The notes under the pieces are model-generated. The model worked only from the letters and a program-made list of their open reading frames with translations. It did no database searches and was not told the DNA's origin. From NCBI GenBank assembly GCA_964187785.1, contig OZ076409.1, forward strand, positions 66,900,001 to 66,964,000: a DNA stretch of 64,000 nucleotides. Reading direction: 5' to 3'. This document shows, piece by piece, positions 1 to 12,200 of the stretch (position 1 is the stretch's first letter; every line of letters begins with the position of its first letter). The DNA comes from Amphiscolops sp. MND2022. Lineage: Eukaryota. Made by a program: the position numbers and the translations under genes.

Positions 1-720
1 TTGTCTTCATCTTGTTTTGTGCTTTTTTTGATTGGTTGTCGTCTTGTTCAATCAGTTTGATTCGCCGCTTTCCAGCTCTTCCTGCGAATCTGCCTCTTCC
101 TCGCATATTGCTAGTTTTTGGTCTCTTGCGCGTTCGTGCTAATGGGTCAATCGTCGCACAGTAACTGCATTTTTCGTTCTTTAGTACGCATATTGCCAGA
201 TGGTGTTGCGTAAAATTCAGTCCACATCTAGTACATGGACTTTTGCGTTCATTGATCGCACACAATGATTCGTTTTTAATTTGCTTCACTCCTCCTTCGA
301 ATGTTTATGCTGGCACATTCCTTCTTCATATGCCACCGCGAACCTAAACGCCTCTTGTGGGTTGTCCTCGCGTTGTGTGCATACCTTTTCTTGCTTTCTC
401 TTTTTGTTCATGTTTTGAATGAGCATATCCATGATCACACTATCTGTTTTATCCCCGAAATTGCTTTTTGATGCTAAGCCAGTTTAGGACAAGGTAGTAG
501 TACAGTCCGAAGTACTTCAATCACTGAGATTGAATACTTGGCCTTGGCAGTAACCTTGAAGAGAATCCACCATTTCTCCCATTCTGTTTTTAGGTGCTCT
601 GTATACCGAATCCCAAAAGGTTGGCAATCCCGTCAGAGTCGACGCTCCCCCCGGAGATAGCAACTCCACGCTGGATGACAAATCTCGCAGCACCATGTTA
701 TGAAGAGTGAAAACAATTGT
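1..720 (-). mobile_element. Decayed Ty3/Gypsy-like LTR retrotransposon 5' part (LTR edge, PBS, gag with zinc knuckles); continues beyond the left edge
   Basis: Minus strand reads ...TAACA then TGGTGCTGCGAG (PBS-like, 695-684). Frameshifted gag-like peptides follow: PTFWDS..EWEK, GLASKSNFGD, NPQEAFRFAVAYEEG, knuckle CTRCGLNFTQHHLAIC and a degenerate CSYC knuckle. Confidence 0.75.
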
Positions 721-3118
721 AGTGATAACGTTGAAATTTTAATCTTTTTTCCGAAACTTGGGTTTTTGGTTACAATGAGGAAAAAGCTGTTTTCGAATCC
801 TATGGATAAAAAATTTCACAATAGTGCCCATTTGCGTATTGGAAGGACTTTGGTCTTCAACATTGAGCGGGGTGCCAATTTGGGTCAATTCTGCTTATTT
901 TTAATTTTTCTTGTATATTGAATTGCTTTAGTAACCGTAATTATGATATTCATTACCATATCAATTTTTTGTTTGGTTAACCTCTTTGGTTAACCAACTT
1001 TGATTGTCTGCTCCAAGTCTTTAGCTAGTTTGCTAAATTATAGTTGCAGTGATGTTGCGCAATATTGAAACGAAGAGAACGAGTATTAAGTATTCGTACG
1101 CAGAGAGCTTCGTTTATTTTCAAATATGAATCGGAACGTCACATACGCTTAGTAATTGTATTCTTTTGTTCAAGTAACAAAGCTGATCGTCGGAAAGAAT
1201 CAGAGTAAACTGTATATTGATTAATTGGCTGTGTATTGAATCAGCGAACCAACAGCAGTAGATACTTATTCCAGATTTTTTAAATATTTAATATTGTACA
1301 TCGACGTTAATGGCGATTGTAGCCGAAAGAAATTTTACCTGATCCTCACTTTGCATGTTTTTGTTTGAACACTGCAAGCAAAATTGAACGACGAATCTCA
1401 AACATGTAAAAAGCCTCGTTGTTAAATATTTTGCTTTTTGTCCAGTATATCAGCTACGTTTGAGCCCTGAAATTTGTTATATTTTTGGTAAAGTAGATCA
1501 GGCGGAAATTTCACTCATCTGCTAAGCCAAGTGGCACTCATCCCCTGGGCCAAAATGAATGTAAAGTAATAGAAGTATTTAAAGAAATGTGTCAGCTAGG
1601 TGGTCTTCAAAAAAGCGACTATTATTGTCTGAGTTTTCTGCGAAAGCGCCAACTAAAAATAGCAATTATTTTCAACTTCAAAGCTCCAAATATTTCTCAA
1701 GTCAAATATAATTTAGACTTTCGAAAAGGAAGCGAAGTTGCCCTTATTTGGAGCTGTTCTCCTAAATTTTTGTTCTACAGAAATTACATATCTTGATCTC
1801 CCCGACATCAAAACGCAAATGTCTCCTCACTACAAAATGTCATGGTTGTTGCATCGAAAGTACTGTTGAAGTTAAAACTACGTTTTGGCCGAACAATTTT
1901 GAAAGTCTTCCGACAAAAAGCGAAAATTGTCTCTCTGGCTTCTAAAAAGCATGATTCGAACTTTGTAAAATGCTAAAAGCGGGCTTCTTCCGCACTGAAA
2001 ATGTCAAAGCAGTTCTTTGGTGAAATGAGAAAATTTCCGGAAGAAGGTTGCTTAGTGCCGACAACGAACCCATAGTTTGTTTAAATTCAAATGAAGGTGT
2101 TTGAAAACTGAAAATTAGGACCCTCCGAATCATTTCAGCTGTTTGCGGGATTTTTATGGTCACTTTGATTGGGTTCGAAAAAACTAATAGTAGCGTTTGA
2201 TTTCATAAAGCGCCCACTAAAAATTATCTGGAAACTGGGAACCTCTATCATTACAAGAAAATTCTGAGCTTCAGTTTTGGATAAGCATAAATTAAATAAA
2301 TAAAAAGTTCTTTCAATAATCCCAAAACGGTGCGTTTTCCTGCAAACTTGAAATGTTTTAGCCCCTGTGACATTGTCTGGATTCAATGATTATGAAAAGG
2401 CATAGGAGCGTACCCTAGAGTAGTTTGATGACAGTCATTTGCATGAAACGTCGTTTCTTGTTTTTTTTTTAAAGCCCAGAGTATTGTTTCTGAAAAAAAC
2501 AGCCAATTGGAATTAAATGTCTCAATTAGAAGAAAAATTGGAAAACTTGTCGAGCCGATAAAACTTTCACCGATGTTTTGTTGTCCAAACTGAACCCTTC
2601 TTTCGGATTGCTGTTTCTTACAAGAAATAACCAGTGAAAAAGGTGAAATTAACTGTTCAGCCGGCGACTTTCTATAGAAAGGACAATCATATTTTTGCTA
2701 CTCCCAAGATCACTTACACACTGTAAAACACCAGAAATATTTTCTCGTCAATAAATCTGGTATGAATGAATGAAGAACATTGGTTGTTTTTACGGGAAAA
2801 ATCCAATTTGTATTTTTGCAGCAGTGGAAACAACTACCAAATATTTCAATTTTATGACGTTTTGGGGCCAAATTTCATCTCGTTGTAGAGAGGGCTTGTT
2901 ATATGGATACGAAAATTCTACTTGCGACATGAAAAGTTTGATAAAAGTGTTGTTTAATCTGAGGAGTTTAATTGCATATTCGTACTGCTATTTGGTGTAT
3001 AGGATTAACAAGATATACAAAAAAGGTAAAGATGATCATCAGAAGTTGAAAACAACTTTGTGTTATTGATAATTAAAGGAAAAAATTGAGATTGTTTGTA
3101 AAGAGCGGTGAGAGTTTT

Positions 3119-3240
3119 TCAAACAGCAGAGCCCAGATTTGATTGGAAGGAACGCTGTGGACAGGTCGGCTTGACAGGGTTGTCGAATTGCAAAAGATCC
3201 ACATCTGACAGAATCCCAGCTTCACTGTCCGATAAAGAAT
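3119..3240 (-). CDS. KIF26: KIF26 terminal exon 16 ([39 protein letters not shown])
   Basis: tttttcag acceptor in phase 1; open to TGA at 3121-3119. Confidence 0.72.
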
Positions 3241-6200
3241 CTGAAAAACGAGTTGTTGTCAATAAAATTTGAGTATTTTATTTTACGATACTTTTACTTT
3301 TTTCATATCCATTTAAATGAATACCTTATACATTAACCAAAACTTTAATGTGGTGTTGAAGCTTCCCAAAAATGACAAACTTCCAAACATTTTTTCAAAC
3401 AAAAGTTTCAGATTAGATCCATTCTTTTTTAAACAGACAGTTTGAAGTCATGCGAGTAAGTCAAACGAATCGTTTTGTCACAAAAAACTCGCAAATGTTG
3501 GGCGCAGATAGAACAATTCCAAGTTCTATAAAAATGATTTCTCGAACTTCATTGGTAGATTATGATAGATAACTCACAAGGCAGTTTATGACTCAAAGAC
3601 TTGGCACAGTGTTGATGAAACTGCATCTGCAACTGGTGGTGTTTGGGCGAATGTGTCTCTACTGTAGAGGTGGCGTCACCCCTTTGTTTAGGGAGGTTTT
3701 GTTGGTTGTTGACAGGGTGACCACAGGTATGGGGGCTCTGATGCTGATGACACCTAGGGCTCGATTGTAGAGGCGCATGCTCTGGCAGTGTAGGGACAAA
3801 TGCATGGGTAGCCGGGCAGGAAGGAGAGGTCCCATGACCTGTGTTTGGTGCTCCTACACCTGTTGCTATTCCTCCCACGGGGCCGATGGTACCCCCCGTT
3901 TGAACCCCCACCGCTTCCCTTGCCCGACTTGCTGTGCTGCTTGGGCTCTCGCAGTCTGTCGCAGGTGCATCGGAAATTGTCTGTAAAAACCACACAAGTC
4001 ATTATTCGGTTGTTACGTAACAATTATTATGTACCGATTACGTCAGACTGATAAGTCGATTTCCGCTTCCAGGGAGTTTAGTTACAGTTCGTATATTGCT
4101 TGGAGGGGGATTATTGGAATAAGGCGATTTCCGGGAATTTTCGACCAGGTACGCGAAACCGTAAGGTCGAAAGTCAAGTATAGCAGATTTTTACGGAACA
4201 ACAAAAGTCAAGAAGTATATTTTTCATGAAGCAAAAATCATTATCAAGCATTTGAATGCATTTTGCATCAAATTTGTCTATAAACGCTGATGTATACTCC
4301 GTTAGCATTTAACTCAATTCTTATAACGGTTTGCTGAACTTTAATAGACAATTTCAGTTTGTGGGAATTGACTTTGCCCAGTTTTTAACGAAACAAATCA
4401 GGAAAATTAAATAATGGCCTGTTTGATTTTTGCATGATTTAAAGAAATTAAGCTAAAGCGTGGCGAAAATTAAGCGAAGCTTGTAAGTGTTCATTATTAC
4501 GAAGGTCTTTGAAGTTGCTAATCATCACAATGATTAAAGCTCGAAACAGAGTCGCTCCATTAATTTTCAAGATAATTTTGAGCGAAATGTTAATTAACAA
4601 ATATCGTTGGCACCTAGACTTAATTTTACTCCAGTTTTTTGCTTGTTATGGAAATAATGATAGATTATTAATTGCCACAGTTGTGTTAAGAACCTCCTTC
4701 TATTAACCAAATTTCAAGTTATTAACTTTGTAATGAGGGATGATCATTATTAATACATATATTAGAGATAACGAAGAGGTTAGCTTGAAACGAGCGATGA
4801 TGTTGATGATGTCAGTATGACGTCACGAATACCAGGTAGCGCAAGATTGGTGTCAGTGTGACGTTACAAACAAAGTACGATGTCAGTATGACGTCACAGA
4901 TACACATTACGTCATCATGGTGTGAGTATGACGTCACAGATGGTTGAAAAAAGAATTGCAGAGATGAGTCATTTTGGAGTTTGTATTGAATTACCTGGTG
5001 ACCATTTCCGAGATTCTCAAGTATGGAATCAACTTCGTCCTGAGATAATATAGCGAGTTTTAACTTCATTTTAAACAATTTGTTCCTTAAATTATTTTGA
5101 ATTTGTTCACTGAACTAATTCAAAAGTTTAATCCACATTTAAAAAGTTCAATAAATTTTTCGAAATAATGATATTAAATGTTATGCAGATTCTTTTCTGT
5201 CCTCCCCCCCCCCCCACACCACCTATTTTTTTGAAATTTTTGTGAAAATATTAAAATACAAAAGACTTAGAACTAAATTAGAAACCTTTACTTTTATATT
5301 TTTTCTCAGAATGACAGTTTAGAATTCGGATACAAACTTTGTTCACGCATTTTTCCTTATGAGGTCACGCTATCTTGTTGAAAACTCAACCGCTTCCTGT
5401 TTTGAGTCACTAAAAATAGTTAATTTTCAACATATTTACAGTCAAAATGTGTGAAAAATAGTTTGTTCAAATGAAAAACTATTCCAATAGAAGGTAACTT
5501 CCTGTTATGGTTTTTTTCGTAATTTTCCATCAAAATTTTTTTTAATTATATGATGGGGGGTAACAGAAAAGACCCATTTTTCATATATCTAGCAACTTCT
5601 AGTTAGTTTTACGGCTTCATCTTTGGTATTAGGACTTGTCGGTTTCGCAAATTTGAAAAAAAACTTTTTAATCTACTTGCAAAAACTTAACTGTTTGACC
5701 TATAATTATATGGACTTATCTTGATACTAAAAAAATTGTTGAGATTAATTCAAAAAGGTGCCGTCTTCTCGACTGGAACTTTCTCCAGGTTTGTATAATA
5801 AAACAATTGAATTGGTCGTTATAGTCATATGTTTTTGGATGCTCCTTTCAGATATCAGTTATCTTCCCATCCTTTACATGAAGAAATTGAAAAATTTCAA
5901 CGAATCCTTCAGAAGATACAAGTTTTTATTCATAATGGGTGTTAACCATCTTAACAATTCACCGAGAAACGCTCTTTATTTCCTTTTCAAACATTTTTGC
6001 CGACTTTGAAGATCCGCTATTTTTGAAAGGTGATTTCTAAAGCCAATTGAACATCTTTATTACTGAAATTTTCCCGCCTGGTTTATTTCTAGATGCGATG
6101 AAAAGAATCGTGTTCGCAAGTGTCATGGTATGAACTCTTAACTCTCTTTTATTTTGCCTTTTTTATTCGATTAGAAACCGCCTGCTATAACTCCCACTAT

Positions 6201-9200
6201 TTCCCAGAGAAAAGCGAATGTAATCAATATACCAAAGTTGAAATTAACAAAAACAACTTGTTTCAAAGCCTGATTTTATACAAGAAAAACTACGCGAATT
6301 ATTTACAATTTATAATACTTTTTCGCTATTCTAAATGTAAAAACAGGCATTAAAAATCAACGTAACTTGACCTTAGTTAAAAACCACCTTGTGATAAATC
6401 AAGTGCTCAAAAAACGTTCATTTGATTTTTAAAATGCATCCTCTTGTTGAATAATCATTTCATTTGTTTCCTTTTCTTGTTCACATTGCAAAAACTTATC
6501 CTTTTAGATTTTGAATTTTTTCGCATGTTTTTACATGTTTTGCTGAAACGTACCTCCGGAATGGACCCAGTAGAGGGTGCGTCTATCCAGTACTCCTTCA
6601 AGTTGGTGCAGCGTGAACAGTTTTTGAGAGAGGAGCCCATGAGAGCGGCCTGCTGAATATCTGCGGGAAGTCCTGTAGTTAACACAGAATAACACATTGA
6701 CACATCTACTGGTTAGTAGGGGCAATTTAGGGAAAGGGGTTAATCTGAGAACTTTCGAAGGATTTCAAATCAGGGCAAATTGGTTGTTGCTGTTGTTGTT
6801 GATTGAGGAACATATGTGATGAGGAACAAACATGCGTAAACTTGACTACAACAAAGAGCTCAAATTTCGACAACTAATTAGAATTTTGTGCCTAATAATA
6901 CAAGTTTTGTTCCGTTCTGACGTTCCAGGGATGTCTAGTTGCAAGACTACAATACGTACCCGATCGAAGCTTCTTTTTGATGTTACGACACCGTTCGGGG
7001 TTCGAGCAAATTTCTTTGTCTCTTTTCGATATCTTTTCACTAGCAGCGTCTCCGCATCTTGGGCTGTGGTGATGAAGTGAATCTTCAGAAAATTGCTGAT
7101 TGGCTGAGGTGCAACAATCCCTGTATTTCATGCCGCTGCAAAAATTAGGTATTTAATATTTACCCCACACCAACGGTTATTCAAGGCATTCAAAAAGGGA
7201 ATTTTCCAGGAGAATCATATGAAAAGAATGATTATACTCTCATATGGTACTCTCAGAAAACAGTGATAAAAGGCAAATGAACGCTCGGAATTAGAAATAC
7301 AGTAAGATGTTGAGAAACGAAAAGAACTGAAAACGGAGAAAAAATAAAATCAAGACGAAATTTTAACCTGAATTTTTGGCTCTCATTTTTGTTTTTGAAG
7401 AAGTGGTTGTTTTTCACCCGAAACTTTTTAGCCATAACGAGCAAAGTGAACATAATTTTCAAATAGACCCAAAGAAAACTTACTGCTGTGCATTGGGATG
7501 TCGAGGAATAGCTTCCAAGGAAGCGCCATGCATCCTCCTCATCTGTCTATGGCGGTTGGAACCCAGTTCTATCCCACTGTCTGAGTCGGTTCCCAGGGTC
7601 ACCCCACTTCCAGGTGACACGAAGTTCTGCTGAACCCGCTGCACTGGTTGCACGCGGGCAATTGCGGCCGTAGATTTAGGCGCAGAATTCGGGTTCACTA
7701 TTGATATTGTCCTTTCTGAAGGAGCACAGGTTGACAAAATATCCGTTCTGCTCGAAGACGAAGATACACTTTGTTTCTTCTCCTGTTCTTTCTTGCGGTG
7801 CCGTAATGTGAAAATGTTTGCAAGTGGAAAAATTGATCTGCCAAATTTTCGATCGGCGGACCTGGAACGCTTCACTTTTCCCTTTGAGTTGGTTAAGGGT
7901 GAGCAAGGCAATGAGTTCATTTGAGGAGTCATGGGCGCGTTATTGCTAACTTGGGGTGAGTTGATGACACTGTTGGTTACATTTGGGTTGTAAGTGTTCC
8001 AGTCTTGTCTGGCTGGTTCTTCGAGGAAAACATCTTGGTCGATGCTGCTGGGAGAATAAGGACAACTGCATTGGGTCTGATAGATGGGTCTAGATGAACT
8101 TGTCAAAGTTACCCTGGGCATCGGAGACTGGTTTTGCCCGTTTGAGGAGTTAGCAGGAGGACAGTGACATTCAACAACGTCTGGGTTACCCCTGGGAGAT
8201 GTTTGACCCAGATCACTAGACATGCTTTCCAGGCCACTATCAGTGTGGGAACTCAACCTGTACGTTGTCTGTGGAACTGTTTGACAGTTACTAGTTCTGG
8301 CATCTTTGAACTTTTGCATCAGAATTGTTTTATCGTGTTGGGTTATTGTTGCACGTTGTTGATTAACTCGATCCAGGGTTTCGTACTGGTGCAAGACACC
8401 TTGAACGTCATCAAAATGTTTGAAACCATCATTTTCAGCTGTTCTGCTCATTATGTCACAGTTTAAACATGGTAATTCCTGACATTGGGGCATGCTCACT
8501 TCTTGGTTCAAAGTTTGAAGTCTTTCGGTGGCGTCGCGGCATAAATTTGAAGTGAATGCATCTTCAGTGTCTGAAAATGCGTACCTAGATGCGGAGCTTG
8601 GAGGAGTTTTGTTATCCATCTCACTATTACCGTTTTCAGAGCTCTGAGAACTGAGACTAACTTTTGGCTGTTTTCTGGACATGGGCGGTGGACTGTTCTC
8701 AGGTGTGCGGTTATTGAAGTGCTCCAAAACAGGTATTTTCATTTTGATTTTCCTGCTTGGCGATGGTTGACTGCATCGGCTTTTGGGGGACCTCACAAAC
8801 CGTTTAGTTTTCATTTTAGGCGTTCCGTCAGGAGTTCGGCTTCTTCGCAGCTTCCCGAACAGAAAATGCTTTTTAGCAGGTGCGGCAGCAGGTTTTGCTG
8901 CTTCGGCAGAAGCAGAAGTTATTTGATCAGATAATGGGTCTCTTCGACTCCTGGAATCAGGGCATGATGATCTTCTACAATCAGGAGAAGCATCGGACGT
9001 TTGCAGTTTGAGACATGACTTCCCAGTTGAGCAGTAGATGCACATTTTGCCCGCATGAGGGCCTAATGCAACCAACATGGCCGTACTCTGCATTCGTTGT
9101 CCATCAGACATGGCTGCTGAGAACCTGGGGTGCTTCACAGATGGACATGTTACTGGAGTTCCAGCCCTAATTTGCCATACGTCATCTTCAGCGGGTGGTT

Positions 9201-12200
9201 CTTTGAAGAAGCTAGCAGTTGAACACGACTTGTTAGAAGGTACTTTGAATGATACACTGGACCCAATTACTTTGGGTGATGATTTGTTTGCTAGGTTATG
9301 CGCACTTCGAGCGTTTCTAGCCTGTTTTGAGTTGAATACTTGGTTTTGGTTATTATTGCTGACTTCGGCTTCTTCGGTGATGAAACTCAAATTCGTGTTT
9401 TGCTTGATTCTACTTTTGTTGTCTTTCATACTTCGGGGAATATTGCAAATTACTTCTGTGTCTGACACGACTCCTCTATTAGGGCTACTCGGGTAGTTTT
9501 CTAAATTCAGCAAAGCTCTAGGGATATTTTCGAAGGAACTGTCGCTCGTATTGCTATATCTGGGACTTCGATTAGCGTTCATAAGTCTTGAACTGTGATT
9601 AAACTTTTGGTTACATTGGGTCTGAAACATTGATGAGTTTTCGTACGGAACGTCACAGGCGCTACAAATCGAAGCGTTGCTGTTATTTTGAGTTTGATTT
9701 TCGGTTTGTACAATATTATTCGTGGGCACTGGTTGCACATTGTCACTGAAACTGTTTGATCGAGTGGGCATGAAATTTCCTTGTGCCCTGTATTCATCCC
9801 GGATGAAGAAAGTTCCCTCTTGGTCAGATTCGGCGGGAGTTGAGCACTTGGGAGACTGCTGAGGAATCAGTTTGTTCAGTTTTTGAACAGAGTTTCTAGT
9901 CGACGCAACTTCTGAGTCACTGTGGTTTCGGGACTTGTTCATTTCCGATTCGTTCGCTTCTCTGATTGGTTGAAAAAAGTTGGATTGCTTTATCTTTGTC
10001 AAGTCACTCGGTCTTGATCCGTTTAAGGAAATTATTCTGAAATGAAATACCCCAAATAAATTTTACCCATCCATAAAAACTGAAAAAGAAGCATCATGAT
10101 TTCTACTATTTTTCTACTATTTGGCCGTTTTTCACAGTAGTCAAATCAATAGATTTCATTAATTAAGGTTTTGATGCCTTGAGTTTTCTTTTCAAAAATT
10201 TTTGGCCTTCATTTATATTCATTTTTGAACATTTGTTCTTTATAATTGTTTTGGGTGACACGTGAAGAGTGAAAACATCAAGGCACTTTTTAGGATATTT
10301 ACAAATTTGCAAAAATCATCCTATATTTCCAGGTACATGATAACAACATTCCACTCGTTCCCAGGCAACTAAAAACCAATTCACTCTCCCATTATATTTC
10401 CAAGTGCCCTATTTTCTAAGTATGATCGATGATTGATGCCTGGAATTGCTGTTATTTTCTATTTTCCTATATGATTCATCGTAATCATCAATGATGTTGT
10501 TTTGTTGTTTTCCCCTCCATTTTGTAATTTTCCCTCTTCATTGCCCTCACCTTGAAACCGGAGGCGGTCGCTCGTTGTCAGTGAGTTCGCTGTCACTCAA
10601 CATTTTTCCATCGGGTCCTCTATAGATGACGGTATCACAGCTCTGTTCACTCGAAGACTGTTCACTGTAATCTGAGGACATGTACTGATGGGCTTGTTCA
10701 CGTAGCACCCCCAGGGGTTTGAAACAATGGGTGCCCATCGCTCCTCTTTTGCGCACATTCATGCTTTCGTCACAACTCGAGTTCTCCGAGTACTCAGAGG
10801 AAGATGAAACCTCTCCTTGCCCCCCGCTGTTTGATGCACCCCCCGAACCTGTGCTTGAGCTGCTATGGTGACGTAACTAAAGCATCATTAAAAACACATT
10901 AAAAATTAAGAAAAGAGCACAGGAAAAGTCGGACATTTATAGAGAAAAAAGAGTGATCAAAGATTACTAGGTACAAAATAAGGTTTGAAAAAGGATTGAA
11001 AAAAGTGGTCATCGTTTGTTTTTCAAGGATTGTGGGATCAAAAAATATCAATTGAATTGCGCTGAAAAACTATAAAGATGGAAATTTTGCTGGGGAAAAG
11101 AACAAGAAAAAATCGGGCTTCATATTTTTGCATTGAGGAATAGAAAACCTCCTCAAGTAGCAAGAATAAGAGGAACAAAAGCGCAAAGCGAACAAAAAAC
11201 GACTCGTAATAAAAAGTGGAAGGCAACCAGAAAAGCAATAAATGCGTCACAAAGGAGCACAGTTCGGCCTTTCTTATTCAATTCAGAGTTGTGTTTTACG
11301 CCATTGTAACAGCTCAGCGTTCTTAAGTCCAAAAACTGACTGCCAAAACTGACGACCATTTCAGATTTCAGCTGATGGATAACGGATTTACCTGTTTGCC
11401 TAGCCTGTTGTTTGCAGCGGGCAGTTTTTTTCCATTTTGTATACGGAATTTGACAGACACAATCGTGCTATTATTTCTCTCCATGAAGTGTTTAATCACG
11501 TGAACTGAGGACAAAACCACCAACACAAATCTCAATGAAATTTGAACAATAAAATTTGTTCGCCTTTCAATCAATACTGATTCTGTTTTGAACGCCAAGT
11601 TGCCAGACGCAAGAGAAGAATTGGTTTGAAAAAAAAACAAAGGAAAACTTTCACTGACGACAGGAATTCACAATTTTTCAATTTTCTGTGTTTTTGAATG
11701 TCTACCTACAAAAACAACAAAAAGTGTAGCTTCCGGTCCTAAAATTATATGCCACACAGCATACTTTTAGACCACGGATTTCTGACAATTACATTGAACG
11801 AAGACTTTCTGTCGGTTGGAATCAAAAAAGACACAAAAACTTATGGCTTGTTTCCGATAAAATATGTCTGTTCTATGACGTTATTGGTAAAATGTCTTGA
11901 AGCAAATTTTGAATCGCATCTTTTAATTAATCATTTCAATCAAAAATTTTCAACAAAAAGGTCGTCAGTTCCAATAATGGGAAATTCGGACTAGCAGACA
12001 ATAAGAATGGTAAAACTGTTCCTTAAAAAATTATGGCTCCTAAATTTGACACAAATTCAATAATAAGCAAATATAAAGTCTCATTTTCAGTCAGCGCCTT
12101 TTCCCGTGACACGACTCTTAAAGTGGCAAATTTTTTTCGTCAAACCACAGACCTCACACTGAATGGTCCACTTTATACAAACTTACGCCTACGGGTTACG

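Noticed and set aside
1050..1302. Possible solo LTR (TG..CA with weak inverted ends)
   Set aside because: No second copy, TSD or PBS to support it.
7376..9797. Overlapping and antisense ORFs over the giant exon (e.g. 9077-9496, 8164-8466)
   Set aside because: Shadow ORFs of the GC-richer KIF26 exon with no recognisable motifs.
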